Shown one piece after another: positions 14,115 through 23,809 of a stretch of 64,000 nucleotides of DNA (positions within the stretch are counted from its first letter, which is position 1; every line of letters begins with the position of its first letter). The stretch covers positions 1,568,001 to 1,632,000 of the forward strand of contig CAVYTA010000006.1 in NCBI GenBank assembly GCA_963771355.1, given 5' to 3'. Under the pieces are notes generated by a model. That model was not told where the DNA came from and did no database searches. It was given only the letters and a program-made list of their open reading frames with translations. Made by a program: the position numbers and the translations under genes. Origin of the DNA: an uncultured Candidatus Rokubacteria bacterium. GTDB lineage: Bacteria; Methylomirabilota; Methylomirabilia; Rokubacteriales; CSP1-6.

Positions 14115-14624
14115 CTAGCAGATTCGCGCCGAGCCCCGGCGCGCCCGCGCGACCACGTCCTCCATGCGGTAGCCGTAGAGCTGCGGGGGAGTGGCGCCGG
14201 CCTCGGCCAGCCAGCAGTCGAGCTGGCTGCGGTGGTGCACCTCGTGCTCGACCATGGCCATGAGGAAGCGCCAGAGCCGCATGGTCTGGCCCTCGAGGTC
14301 ACGGATCGACTCCTCGAGCCGCGTGTCCGGCACCGTCGCGAGCCGCGCCATCTCCCGCGCGTGGCCGTCCGAAAGCAGCGCCCGAGTGGCCGCGAGCTCG
14401 CGCTCCGGCCCGGGATCGAGGTCCTCCGTCCACCGGTCGTCGACCACGCGGGCCACGAAGAAGCGCTCCGCGCCCGCCAGGTGCCGGACGATGGCGCCGC
14501 AGCTCCACTCGTCAGGCCGCGGGCGCCAGCCCACCAGGGCCGGCGTGACGCGGTCCACCGCCACCCAGGTGCGGCGCCGCACCCCCTCGAAGTACCGGAT
14601 GAAGTCGGCGACGGAGCGGATCAT
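14115..14624 (-). CDS. DinB-family protein
   Basis: WS...IVRHL and EHEVHHRSQL metal-binding motifs. Confidence 0.8.
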   Translation of the reverse strand: MIRSVADFIRYFEGVRRRTWVAVDRVTPALVGWRPRPDEWSCGAIVRHLAGAERFFVARVVDDRWTEDLDPGPERELAATRALLSDGHAREMARLATVPDTRLEESIRDLEGQTMRLWRFLMAMVEHEVHHRSQLDCWLAEAGATPPQLYGYRMEDVVARARRGSARIC

Positions 14625-15655
14625 GCGGGGTCGCCCTCCGCGCGGTTCATGGGCTCGACGTAGAGCGCGCGGACGACCTCCCACACGCCGGCGAGCACGG
14701 GAATGGCGACCAGCGCGCCCACCACGCCGGCGAGCTGGGCGCCGGCGAGAATGGCGAGCAGCACGGCGACCGGGTGCAGCCCGGTGGCGCGTCCCACGAA
14801 CTGCGGAACGAGCACCTTGCCCTCGACGAGATTCGCGCCCCAGAAGAGCAGGCCCGTCCAGACCCCCAGCATCGGCGAGATATTGACCGCGCTCACGATG
14901 CCCAGCACCGCCGCCGCCGGCGAGCCGAGAAAGGGCACCACGTTCAGCGCAAAGGCGATGCCGCCGATGAGCAACCAGTACGGCACGCCCAGCAGCGCCA
15001 GCCCCACCGCGATCATCGTCCCCACGCAGAGGCTTACCACCAGCTGCCCGCGCACGTAGCCGCCCATCACGGCGAGCACGCGCGGGGCGAGCGCGAGGGC
15101 GTGCGCGCGGGGGCGGGGTGGGAGCATTCGCGCGAGGGAAAACCCGATGCGCTCGGCGTCCAGCACCAGGTAGGCGGCCAGCACCAGCACGAGGAAGAAT
15201 CCGACCACCGCGCCGAGCATACCCGCCGTCGCGCGCAGCGTATTTTCAAGGAGCACCTGGCCCACCTTCTGGAGGCCGTCGGCCCCCGCGGTCGGCGGGG
15301 GAAGGGGCAGCTCCCAGTGGGCCACCCACGCGAGCACGCGCCGGATCAGCCCGCGGGCGTTCTCGAGGTGCAAGGGCAGCTGCTGGACGAACTCCCGCGT
15401 CTGCTCGGCGAGGGCGGGAACGAGGAACCGCCCCAGCACCGCGAGCACCAGCGCAAAGCCCGCGTAGACGGCGATCACGGTCACCAGGCGCGGGATGCGC
15501 CGCTGGTCACCCCAGCGGGCGGCGGGCAGGATGGCGGCGGCGAGGATGACCGCGGTGAGCAGGACCATCCAGATCTGCCAGGTCTGGACCAGCACCCAGG
15601 CGGCGAAGACGGCGAGCGCGACGCGCCCGATGGTGCTCCAGGACAACGGGGTCAC
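14621..15655 (-). CDS. AI-2E family (PerM) transporter
   Basis: Multi-TM; GYVRGQ, VPFLG, LHPV, GALVAIP. Confidence 0.85.
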   Translation of the reverse strand: MTPLSWSTIGRVALAVFAAWVLVQTWQIWMVLLTAVILAAAILPAARWGDQRRIPRLVTVIAVYAGFALVLAVLGRFLVPALAEQTREFVQQLPLHLENARGLIRRVLAWVAHWELPLPPPTAGADGLQKVGQVLLENTLRATAGMLGAVVGFFLVLVLAAYLVLDAERIGFSLARMLPPRPRAHALALAPRVLAVMGGYVRGQLVVSLCVGTMIAVGLALLGVPYWLLIGGIAFALNVVPFLGSPAAAVLGIVSAVNISPMLGVWTGLLFWGANLVEGKVLVPQFVGRATGLHPVAVLLAILAGAQLAGVVGALVAIPVLAGVWEVVRALYVEPMNRAEGDPA

Positions 15656-16386
15656 CGTCGCACCGTGGCGACGGCGGGCGCCCGCCGGTAGGCGCAGTCG
15701 CGCATCCAGCAGCGCCGGCACTGGGTGAAGTAGTGGTCCACCCTGGCCTCGGGCCCGATCCCCACCAGCAGGGTGATGGTCTTGCCCGGCGTCATGAAGC
15801 ACGCCTCGTTGAGGTGGACGCCGATGGGCTCGCCGTCGCAGAGCTGGAACAGCGCGCGCTGCTCCGCGGTATCCCAGCCGGCATAGCCCGGGCTGATGCG
15901 GTTGGTGACCTGCAGCTGCTCGCCGAGGCCGACCTGGCAGAGAAGATCGTTCACGTACTCGGCCAGGCTCTCCACCGCCGCCGAGCCCACGCTGTCGAGC
16001 ATGACCGCCAGGGGGAACTCTCGCACGTCGAAGAGCGCGCGCACGCGCTCCTCGATGGCGTCCCCCACCGTGCAGATTGCCGCTCCCACCGCGGTGAGCG
16101 GGCCCCACAGCCGGTCGATCTGGGGAATGTGCAGCGCCTCGCCGCCGGCCTCGATGAGGCCGGGCCCCTGCCCCGTCACCGCGCGGGCCCGGTAGACCAC
16201 TCGCGGGTACATGAGGCTCTCGCCGAGCGCGAGCGCCTCGTCGAAGATGGCGCGCACCTCGGCGGTGGGCACGTCGACGCCCTTCTTGTAGCCCTGGAAG
16301 CGCAGCACCTCGTCGGGATCGACGCGGAGGGGGAGCCCGTCGAGCACGACGGGCCCGGGGGCCAGGACAGACGGCAGACCGCTCAC
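15652..16386 (-). CDS. stand-alone B12-dependent methionine synthase activation (AdoMet-binding) domain protein
   Basis: ICTVG, LDSVGSAAVE, RISPGY..W, IGVHL...MTP, C-terminal CxxCxxxxC. Confidence 0.78.
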   Translation of the reverse strand: MSGLPSVLAPGPVVLDGLPLRVDPDEVLRFQGYKKGVDVPTAEVRAIFDEALALGESLMYPRVVYRARAVTGQGPGLIEAGGEALHIPQIDRLWGPLTAVGAAICTVGDAIEERVRALFDVREFPLAVMLDSVGSAAVESLAEYVNDLLCQVGLGEQLQVTNRISPGYAGWDTAEQRALFQLCDGEPIGVHLNEACFMTPGKTITLLVGIGPEARVDHYFTQCRRCWMRDCAYRRAPAVATVRR

Positions 16387-17306
16387 CGCTTGCGGCGGGC
16401 GCGCGCCACCTCGGCGATGAGCCGGATGTGCTCGGGGCCGGATCCGCAGCAGGCCCCCACGATATTGCATCCCGCATCGAGCAGCGCCGGATAGTCCTTG
16501 GCCATGGCCTCCGGCCCGAGCTCGTAGGTGGTGACGTCACCCTTGGTGATGGGCAGCCCGGCATTTGGATAGGCGATCAGGGGAGCATCGGTGACCGCGC
16601 GCATCTCGCGGATGATGGTGATGGCGCGATCGGGCCCGCGGCCGCAGTTCATTCCCACGATGTCGGCGCCCGCGGCGAGGAGGGTCTTCGCCACCTCGGC
16701 GGGACTCTCGCCCCACATGGTGCGGTCGCGATCGTGCTGCTCCTCGTACTGGAAAAACATGGTGGCCATCACGGGGAGGTCCGTCACCGCCTTGCAGGCG
16801 GCGATGGCCGCCGTCGCCTCCTGCGGGAACATCATGGTCTCGACGGCGAAGATGTCGACGCCACCCTCGGCGAGCGCCTCCGCCTGCTCGGTGAACGTCT
16901 CGAGGTACTGCGCGTCGGTGGCGACGTTGTCGCCCACGCCGTAGTCGGCGGGGACGCAGGAGGTCGGCCCGATGGAGCCCGCCACCCAGCGGCCCGGCGG
17001 ACACACCGCGCGCGCCAGCCGCGCCCCCTTGACGTTCAGCTCGCGGGTGCGGTCGCCGATCCGGTACTCGTTGAGCTTGAGGCGGGTGCCGCCGAAGGTG
17101 TTCGTCTCGACGAAATCGGAGCCGGCGTCGAAGTAGCCCCCGTGGATGCCGCGCACCACCTCGGCGTGCGAGTCGTTCCACACCTCCGGGCAGGCCCCGT
17201 TGAGGAGGCCGGCGTCGAAGAGCGCGGTCCCGTAGCCCCCGTCGAAGACGAGGAGCTCGCCCGCCTTGACGCGCTGGACGATTTCCCAGCCGGAGGATCT
17301 GGTCAT
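16383..17306 (-). CDS. homocysteine S-methyltransferase domain protein (split MetH-like)
   Basis: DGGYGT, TNTFG, GSIGPT, Zn ligands GMNC and GACCG, PNAGLP. Confidence 0.85.
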   Translation of the reverse strand: MTRSSGWEIVQRVKAGELLVFDGGYGTALFDAGLLNGACPEVWNDSHAEVVRGIHGGYFDAGSDFVETNTFGGTRLKLNEYRIGDRTRELNVKGARLARAVCPPGRWVAGSIGPTSCVPADYGVGDNVATDAQYLETFTEQAEALAEGGVDIFAVETMMFPQEATAAIAACKAVTDLPVMATMFFQYEEQHDRDRTMWGESPAEVAKTLLAAGADIVGMNCGRGPDRAITIIREMRAVTDAPLIAYPNAGLPITKGDVTTYELGPEAMAKDYPALLDAGCNIVGACCGSGPEHIRLIAEVARARRKR

Positions 17307-17974
17307 GTGGCGGCGGGCACTCCGAGGAGCTCTTTGGCGCGGACGACGGCGAGGGTGGAGTCCCGGGCGTAGCCGTCGGCGCCGATCTCATCGGCATACG
17401 CCTGGCTCACCGGAGCGCCCCCGATCATCACCTTGACCCGCTCACGGTGGCCGGCCTTGCTCAGCGCGTCGATCGTCCGCTTCATCGCCGGCATGGTCGT
17501 GGTCATCAGCGCGGAGATCCCCACGATCTGGGCGCCGTGCTCCTCGACGGCGGCGACGAACTTCTCGGGCGCCACGTCGCGCCCGAGGTTGATCACCTTG
17601 AAGCCCGCCCCCTCCAGCATCATGGCCACCAGGTTCTTGCCGATGTCGTGGAGGTCACCCTGCGCGGTGCCGATCACGATCACGCCCAGGTCCTGCTGCT
17701 CGCGGGCGGCGGCAGTGATGAGGGGCTTGAGGAGATCGAGCCCGGCGTACATCGCCCGCGCGGACAGGAGCACCTGGGGCACGTAGTATTCGTTGCGCCG
17801 GAACTTCTCCCCCACCACGTCCATGCCGGGGATGAGCCCCCGGAAGATGAGCTCCTTGGGGTCCATCGAGCGGGCCAAGCCGTCCTGGGTCTTCCGGGCC
17901 ACCGTGTCCTTGTCCCCGAGAATCAGAGCGCGCGACATGGTGGGGTAGTCGAACTCCTCGGGCGGATCACTCAT
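17303..17974 (-). CDS. corrinoid (cobalamin-binding) protein, MtbC/MetH cap+B12 domain type
   Basis: GDLHDIGKNLV, SALMTTT, IGGAP. Confidence 0.92.
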   Translation of the reverse strand: MSDPPEEFDYPTMSRALILGDKDTVARKTQDGLARSMDPKELIFRGLIPGMDVVGEKFRRNEYYVPQVLLSARAMYAGLDLLKPLITAAAREQQDLGVIVIGTAQGDLHDIGKNLVAMMLEGAGFKVINLGRDVAPEKFVAAVEEHGAQIVGISALMTTTMPAMKRTIDALSKAGHRERVKVMIGGAPVSQAYADEIGADGYARDSTLAVVRAKELLGVPAAT

Positions 17975-19368
17975 GCTCGGACCTGGGTGCCTCCGGCCTT
18001 GACGGTGGGATGGCCGGCGCGCAGCCACATGCCCATGCCGCCGGCGACGTTGTACCAGCGCGCGGCCATGCCCTCGCGGGCGAGCGCGCTGATGACCAGG
18101 CTGGAGCGGAGCCCGCCCGCGCACACCACCGCGGTGGGCCGGCCGGCGGGCAGCTCGGCGAGCCGGCGCACCGCCTCGCCCATGGGGAGATGGAAGGCGC
18201 CCTCGATATGCCCCTCGTCCCACTCGAAGGGCTCGCGAACGTCGACGATGAGGAGATCCGCCTGCTCTTCCTTCATGGTCGCCAGATCGTGCACGCTGAT
18301 CTGTGGCACCTGGTCCACCGGGTGGCCCTGGCTCTTCCAGTCACCCATGCCCCACTGCAGATGCCCCGCGATCTCGTCGAGCCCGATGCGCCCCAGTCCC
18401 TGCACGGCGCGGGTGAGATCGGTCGGGCCGCCGGCGACCAGCACGAGCGGACGGTCGGCGGGCGCGAACAGTCCCACGCGGTTTGCGAACTGCGGGCTGT
18501 CGATCCAGACATTGAGGGCGCCGGGGACATGGCCCTCCCCGAACTCGGCCGCCGTGCGGATGTCCACCACGGTGGCGCCCTTGCCCATCAGCTCGCGCAC
18601 CTGCGCCGCCGAGAGCGCCCGCGGCTCTCCGGACAGGGGCAGCGCGCGCGCCCGATTGCGGGCGATGATGCGGTCGAAGTTCGGCGGCTTGGCGGGGAGC
18701 CCGGTCATGAGGGCCCGGACGAAGGACGCCTCGTCCTCGGCGCGGAGCGCCAGATTGAAGCGCCGCTCGAAGCCGATGGTGGTGGTGGTCTTGCTCGACA
18801 TGGCGCGCCCGCAGGCCGAGCCCGCGCCGTGCGCCGGATACACCTCCACGCTGTCGGGCAGCGTGAGGAGTCGACGGGTCAGGCTCTGATAGAGCGTGGC
18901 CGCCGCCCGCTCGCCGCCGAAGTCGGGACGGCCCACGTCGCCCACGAAGAGCGTATCGCCGGTGAGGATGAACCAGGGCTCCTCGCCGCGGCTCCGGTCG
19001 GTCACGAGGAGCGAGACGCTCTCCGGGGTATGGCCCGGGGTGTGGAGGACCCGGAAGGCCACATTGCCGATGAGGATGGTCTCCTCGTCCTCGATCGGCG
19101 TGGTGGGGAAAGCCGCGTCGGCGGCCGGGTGCATGAGGATGCGGGCACCGGTCTGGTCCGCCAGGGCCTGATTGCCCGAGATGTGGTCGGCGTGGAGATG
19201 GGTGTCGAAGACGTGGGTCACGGTGAGGCCCTTGCGCCGGGCCAGCGCCATGTACTCGTCCACGCGATCCCGCGCCGGATCGACCACGGCCGCCTCGCCC
19301 GCCTGGCCACAGCCGATCAGATATGAGAGGCAGCCGGCCTCCTCGTTGAGAATCTGCTGGAAAATCAT
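17971..19368 (-). CDS. MBL-fold hydrolase/persulfide dioxygenase fused to two rhodanese domains
   Basis: THLHADH, HTPGHTPE, GDTLF, YPAHG; rhodanese GHVPGA, GHIEGA, CAGGLRS. Confidence 0.85.
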   Translation of the reverse strand: MIFQQILNEEAGCLSYLIGCGQAGEAAVVDPARDRVDEYMALARRKGLTVTHVFDTHLHADHISGNQALADQTGARILMHPAADAAFPTTPIEDEETILIGNVAFRVLHTPGHTPESVSLLVTDRSRGEEPWFILTGDTLFVGDVGRPDFGGERAAATLYQSLTRRLLTLPDSVEVYPAHGAGSACGRAMSSKTTTTIGFERRFNLALRAEDEASFVRALMTGLPAKPPNFDRIIARNRARALPLSGEPRALSAAQVRELMGKGATVVDIRTAAEFGEGHVPGALNVWIDSPQFANRVGLFAPADRPLVLVAGGPTDLTRAVQGLGRIGLDEIAGHLQWGMGDWKSQGHPVDQVPQISVHDLATMKEEQADLLIVDVREPFEWDEGHIEGAFHLPMGEAVRRLAELPAGRPTAVVCAGGLRSSLVISALAREGMAARWYNVAGGMGMWLRAGHPTVKAGGTQVRA

Positions 19369-19507
19369 CGGTCGAATTGTCCCACAGGGCTCCGGTAGGG
19401 CGCAAGGCCGGACGCTCAATCTCCGTAGGAACTTGACCGGGCCTTGCCTGTTACACTAGAGTTTGCGAAATCCCACCGGCGGGTGAGGGGAAGGACGGGC
19501 AGGTCGA

Positions 19508-20272
19508 ATGCGGCTCAAGGTGCTCGGGGCCTACGGCAGTGACGGGCAGGGCCAGCGACCGTCGGCCTTCCTCGTCGACGACCACGTCTTGGTGGACGCG
19601 GGCACCGTCGGTGGCGCTCTCTCCGTCGCCGAGCAAACCGCCATCACCCACGCGGTGCTGAGCCACGCCCACCTCGACCACACCGTGGGCCTCGCCTTCC
19701 TCGCCGACACCCTGGCCATGGTCGCTCCGGAGCGCTCGGTCACCGCGTGCAGCATCGCCCCCGTCATCGAGACGCTCCGCACCCACGTCTTCAACGACTC
19801 GCTCTGGCCCGACTTCCTGGCCATCCCCAACCGCAACGCGCCGGTGCTGAAGCTCCGCGAGCTGCCGGAGGAAGGCGAGGCGCGCGTGGGAGAGCTCTGG
19901 GTGACGCCGGTCCTGGTGGATCACACCATTCCCACCACGGGCTTCATCATCCACGACGGCGAGACTGGCTTCGTCTACTCGGGGGATACGGGGCCCACCA
20001 CGCGGCTGTGGCAGGTGGCCCGGGAGATGCGCGGGCTCAAGGCGCTCGTGGTGGAGACGGCCTTCCCCAATCGGCTGGACGCCCTCGCGCGCGCCTCGGG
20101 GCATCTCACCCCGGCGAAGCTACGCGAGGAGATGAAGAAGATGCCCGCCGATCTTCCCGTGTGGATCTTCCACATCAAGCCGCAGCTGTATCAGGAAACC
20201 GCAGAAGAGCTGGCCCAGATCGACCCCGCCCGCCTTCACATCCTCGAGCAGGGCAAGACCTACACTCTCTAG
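19508..20272 (+). CDS. class II (MBL-fold) 3',5'-cyclic-nucleotide phosphodiesterase
   Basis: SHAHLDH, HVFNDSLWPDF, SGDTGPT, GHLTP, HIKP. Confidence 0.8.
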   Translation: MRLKVLGAYGSDGQGQRPSAFLVDDHVLVDAGTVGGALSVAEQTAITHAVLSHAHLDHTVGLAFLADTLAMVAPERSVTACSIAPVIETLRTHVFNDSLWPDFLAIPNRNAPVLKLRELPEEGEARVGELWVTPVLVDHTIPTTGFIIHDGETGFVYSGDTGPTTRLWQVAREMRGLKALVVETAFPNRLDALARASGHLTPAKLREEMKKMPADLPVWIFHIKPQLYQETAEELAQIDPARLHILEQGKTYTL

Positions 20273-20299
20273 TCCTTCGAGGCCCCCCGGCACGCGCGG

Positions 20300-21295
20300 T
20301 CAGGGGGCGTCGATCAGTCGGCTCAAGGACTCCCGGAATGGAAAGAGGCTAAATATGCCTCCCGTATGGATGAAACAGATCCTCTGCCCGAGCGCCTTGG
20401 GATCCTTTTCGAGCGTGGTGATGAGACCGGTGAAGGCCTTCGCGGTGTACACCGGATCGAGGACCAGGCCCTCTTCGCGAGCCAGGCGCACGATGGTCGC
20501 CAACTCGGCGTCGCCTACCGACGCCCGCCCCACGCCCTGATAGCCGTCGATCAGATGAAAGCTCTTCGGCACCTCGATGGCGAAGCCGAAACGCTGGATC
20601 GCCGCGACCATGGTCCGCCCGATATGGTCGCGCACCTTGGCCGCCGGCCAGGCAATGGGAATGCCGACGATCTCACCCGGAAGACCGGCCAGCTGCTTGC
20701 CCATGAGCATGCCGCCCTGGCTGCCGCCGCTGTACACGGAGATCACCACCGAATCGAAGCGGGGCGCCCCGTGATTGATCTGGTCGGCCAGCTCCACCGC
20801 ACACTCGAGATAGCCCAGCGCCCCCACCTCGTTGGCCCCGCTTTCCGGAATCACATAGGGCCGGTGCCCCCGGGCCACCACGTCGGCGGCGAGCTCCGCC
20901 ATCACCTCGTCCACGCGCTCCCACTGCGGGTCGGTGAGATAGCGCACCTCCGCGCCCAGCAGCCGGTCGAGCAGCAAGTTGCCGTCATAGGCCTCCGGGC
21001 GAGTCCCCTTGACGGCGAGAATGGCGTTCATGCCCAGCCGGGCCGCCACCGCGGACACGGCACGGCAGCAGTTGGACTGCAGCGTGCCGCACGTGATGAG
21101 GGTGTCCGCGCCCTGGGCGAGGGCCTCGCCCACGAGGAACTCGAGCTTGCGTACCTTGTTGCCGGACTCCAGCAGCCCGGTCAGGTCGTCCCGCTTGACA
21201 TAGAGCTCGACGCCGAGCCGACGCGAGAGCCGATCGAGCTTGAGGATGGGAGTGGGCGACAGCGCGAGGGGGATGCGGGGAGGCCCGGCAGGCAT
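20300..21295 (-). CDS. D-cysteine desulfhydrase / ACC deaminase family PLP enzyme
   Basis: KRDDLTG..SGNKVRKLEFL, QSN, LDPVYTAKA, HTGG. Confidence 0.88.
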   Translation of the reverse strand: MPAGPPRIPLALSPTPILKLDRLSRRLGVELYVKRDDLTGLLESGNKVRKLEFLVGEALAQGADTLITCGTLQSNCCRAVSAVAARLGMNAILAVKGTRPEAYDGNLLLDRLLGAEVRYLTDPQWERVDEVMAELAADVVARGHRPYVIPESGANEVGALGYLECAVELADQINHGAPRFDSVVISVYSGGSQGGMLMGKQLAGLPGEIVGIPIAWPAAKVRDHIGRTMVAAIQRFGFAIEVPKSFHLIDGYQGVGRASVGDAELATIVRLAREEGLVLDPVYTAKAFTGLITTLEKDPKALGQRICFIHTGGIFSLFPFRESLSRLIDAP

Positions 21296-21337
21296 GATCC
21301 ATCGTAGCACCCTCCCCACTCCGGCGGAGGGTTCAGC

Positions 21338-22156
21338 TCATGGCTGGCAGTCGGGGCACCAGTAGGTGGACCGGCCGCGAAGCGACTCCGTCAGGATCCT
21401 GGCGCCGCAGCGCGGGCAGGGCTTGCGCGCCCGGTGGTGGACGCGGAAGAACTCGCGCTTGGGCTCGCCGCGCAGCGGCCCCGCCCCGACGAGCTGCCGG
21501 AGCGCCGCGGTGGCCGCCGCCAGCGTGGTCGCGGTGGCGGCGTGGACCCGCGCGATCTCCTCCGCCGTCATGAGGGACGCCGTGCGGCGGGGCTTGATGC
21601 GCGCCTCCCAGAGGATCTCGTCCGCATAGGCATTGCCGAGGCCCCCGATGAGCCGCTGGTCGCAGAGCACGGTCTTGATGGGCCAGAGCTTGTTGCGGGC
21701 GCAGAGGGCCTGCAGCGCCGCCACCGTGAAGGCGGGCGCGAGCGGGTCCAGCCCGCCACGCTCCTTGCGATCGAGCCCCACCCACATCTTGGCCTCACCG
21801 GGCTTGAGGAGATCGAAGTGGCGGTCGGAGAAGACCAGCCGCGCGCCGTCTTCTCGCTCGAGCGTGAGCACGGGCAGCGGCACCCGCGCGGTCGCGTCCG
21901 CCGGCAGCCAGTACGGCTCGCCGCCCAGCATGAAGTGCACGTCGACCCGGGGGCCGGCCTCCAGCGCGAGCGCGAGGATCTTGCCGCGCCGACTGACCGC
22001 CGTCACGCGCCGCCCCGTCACGGCGGCCTGGAAGGGCTCGGGCGCCACCGCCCGCAGCACGCGCGGCTCGTGGACCTCGACCGAGCGGATCGCGCGCTCC
22101 ACCAGAAGGGGTGCCAGCGCCTCGGCGTAGACGGTCAGCTCGGGCAGCTCGGCCAC
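21338..22156 (-). CDS. Fpg/Nei family DNA glycosylase
   Basis: (M)AELPEL, RRGK, H2TH GLGNAYADEILW, Zn finger CPRC...CPDCQ. Confidence 0.85.
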   Translation of the reverse strand: MAELPELTVYAEALAPLLVERAIRSVEVHEPRVLRAVAPEPFQAAVTGRRVTAVSRRGKILALALEAGPRVDVHFMLGGEPYWLPADATARVPLPVLTLEREDGARLVFSDRHFDLLKPGEAKMWVGLDRKERGGLDPLAPAFTVAALQALCARNKLWPIKTVLCDQRLIGGLGNAYADEILWEARIKPRRTASLMTAEEIARVHAATATTLAAATAALRQLVGAGPLRGEPKREFFRVHHRARKPCPRCGARILTESLRGRSTYWCPDCQP

Positions 22157-22207
22157 TGGCCCCTTCGCCTCGACGCTCCTCACGCCCGCTGCCCCGAGGG
22201 AAGCGGG

Positions 22208-22522
22208 CTAGGAGGCGTGGTCCTTCTTGAGCGCGGAGGCGATGGGAGCGAAGTCGTAGGCGGGGAAGACCTGATAGCGGAAGGCGCCCCAGGCCTTCCC
22301 CTCCATGTAGCGGTTGAGGCTCCGCAGCTTGTCCGGCTCGACGCGCAGGGTGATGACGAACCCGTAGGACATCGCCACCACCCACGAGACCAGCTCCGAG
22401 CCCTCCGGCGGGAAATCGCGGTAGAAGCCGGTCTGGCGCAGATGCGCCATGATCTCGTCGAGGGTCTTGGTCTGATCGTGGTGGAGCAGCACGGTCACGA
22501 GCACGCGAGTGTCGTCGGGCAT
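22208..22522 (-). CDS. hypothetical small protein
   Basis: 104-aa ORF with typical codon usage and GGAGG RBS. Confidence 0.6.
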   Translation of the reverse strand: MPDDTRVLVTVLLHHDQTKTLDEIMAHLRQTGFYRDFPPEGSELVSWVVAMSYGFVITLRVEPDKLRSLNRYMEGKAWGAFRYQVFPAYDFAPIASALKKDHAS

Positions 22523-22582
22523 CGGGCGCCTCCCGGGAGGGAACTGTGGCGCGCGGCACGCGGATTGTCAATAATGGCGCGC

Positions 22583-23809
22583 GTGACCCGCGACCCGGAG
22601 ACCCTGGCGAACCCGCGGCTCTGGATCGCCTTCGCCAGCATGTTCCTGGTGTCGGGGATCACCAATGTCTTCCCCGTCTTCTTCCCCGCTCTTCTCGCCG
22701 AGTTCGGGGGCTCGCGCGGCGCCACCGCGTTCACCGTGTCGCTGTGCTGGATCGGAGGGGCCGTGTTCGGCCCGCTCGCCGGCTATCTCGTGGCGCGCGG
22801 GAACCCGCGTGCGGTGGTGGCGGCCGGCCTCAGCGCCGCCGCGCTGGGCATGCTCGCGGGGGCGCTGGCGCCGAGCCTGCCCGCGTTCATCCTCACCCTC
22901 GGCGTGGGCGCCGGCATCGGCATCGGGCTCACCGGCATCGCCACCCAGGCGGCGCTCCTCGCCGACGTTTACGTGCGCCGCCGGGGCCTGGCCATGGGCA
23001 TCGCGTTCTCCGGATCCATGGCGGGCTATGCGGTGGCGCCCCTCGTCCACTGGACCATCGAGCAGGCGGGCTGGCGGGCGGCGCTGGCCGCGTACGGCGT
23101 GACGGTGGCGGGACTGCTTCCGCTGGCCTGGCGCTTCCTCCCCGCGCGTCTCGAGAGCGCGCGCGCCGTGGCGACGTCCCCCGCCTCCGAGGGGCACCCG
23201 ACCGTCCGGCGCATCGTCACCTCCGCGCCCTTCCTCATGCTCTTCGTCTGCTTCACCAGCCCGCCGCTCTTCGGCTATCTCGCCACCACCCAGCACGCGC
23301 TCTACTTCGCCGCGCGCGGCTTCAGCGCGGAGGAGGCGTCGCTGATGCTGGCGGTGGGCGGCGTTCTCTCCGCCGGCGGGCGCATGCTCTCGGGCGTCGT
23401 TGCGGATCGGCTGGGCGCCCCCACCGCGGGCTTCCTCTCCTTCGGCCTCTCGCTCACCGGCATGCTGTGCCTCTTCGGGCTCGAGCTCTGGCCCCTCCGG
23501 CTCCTCGCCTACACCTACGTGCTCTTCCTCTTCCTGCCGCTGGGCAGTCGCGCCACCATCGTCTCCGTGCTGGTGAGCCGCCTCACCCCGCCCCGCCACT
23601 ACGGGGTGATCTTCGGGATCCTCGGCATCGGGAACAACCTGGGCGCGGCGGCGGGCCCGTGGATGTCGGGCGCGCTGTTCGACCGGACGGGATCCTACCT
23701 CGTGATCTATCTCTGGGCCGCGGGCGTCGGGCTGCTCGGGCTCGTCACCCTCGCCGCGTTCGTGCTCATGACGCGCGAGGCCGCCACCGCTGGCCCGCGC
23801 GTACGGTGA
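22583..23809 (+). CDS. MFS transporter (MCT/OFA-like; start 22574 or 22583)
   Basis: About 12 hydrophobic segments, RRRGLAMGIA, GVVADRLG, GALFDRTGSY. Confidence 0.85.
   Translation: MTRDPETLANPRLWIAFASMFLVSGITNVFPVFFPALLAEFGGSRGATAFTVSLCWIGGAVFGPLAGYLVARGNPRAVVAAGLSAAALGMLAGALAPSLPAFILTLGVGAGIGIGLTGIATQAALLADVYVRRRGLAMGIAFSGSMAGYAVAPLVHWTIEQAGWRAALAAYGVTVAGLLPLAWRFLPARLESARAVATSPASEGHPTVRRIVTSAPFLMLFVCFTSPPLFGYLATTQHALYFAARGFSAEEASLMLAVGGVLSAGGRMLSGVVADRLGAPTAGFLSFGLSLTGMLCLFGLELWPLRLLAYTYVLFLFLPLGSRATIVSVLVSRLTPPRHYGVIFGILGIGNNLGAAAGPWMSGALFDRTGSYLVIYLWAAGVGLLGLVTLAAFVLMTREAATAGPRVR

Noticed and set aside
19369..19507. Cobalamin or SAM riboswitch upstream of the methyltransferase genes (also checked 1102-1213)
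   Set aside because: The intergenic spaces are short and filled by promoter motifs; no B12-box or SAM consensus recognised. An Rfam scan would be decisive.
23766..23809. 44-bp overlap of convergent MFS and amidohydrolase genes
   Set aside because: Short 3' overlaps are common in compact GC-rich genomes; no further signal.
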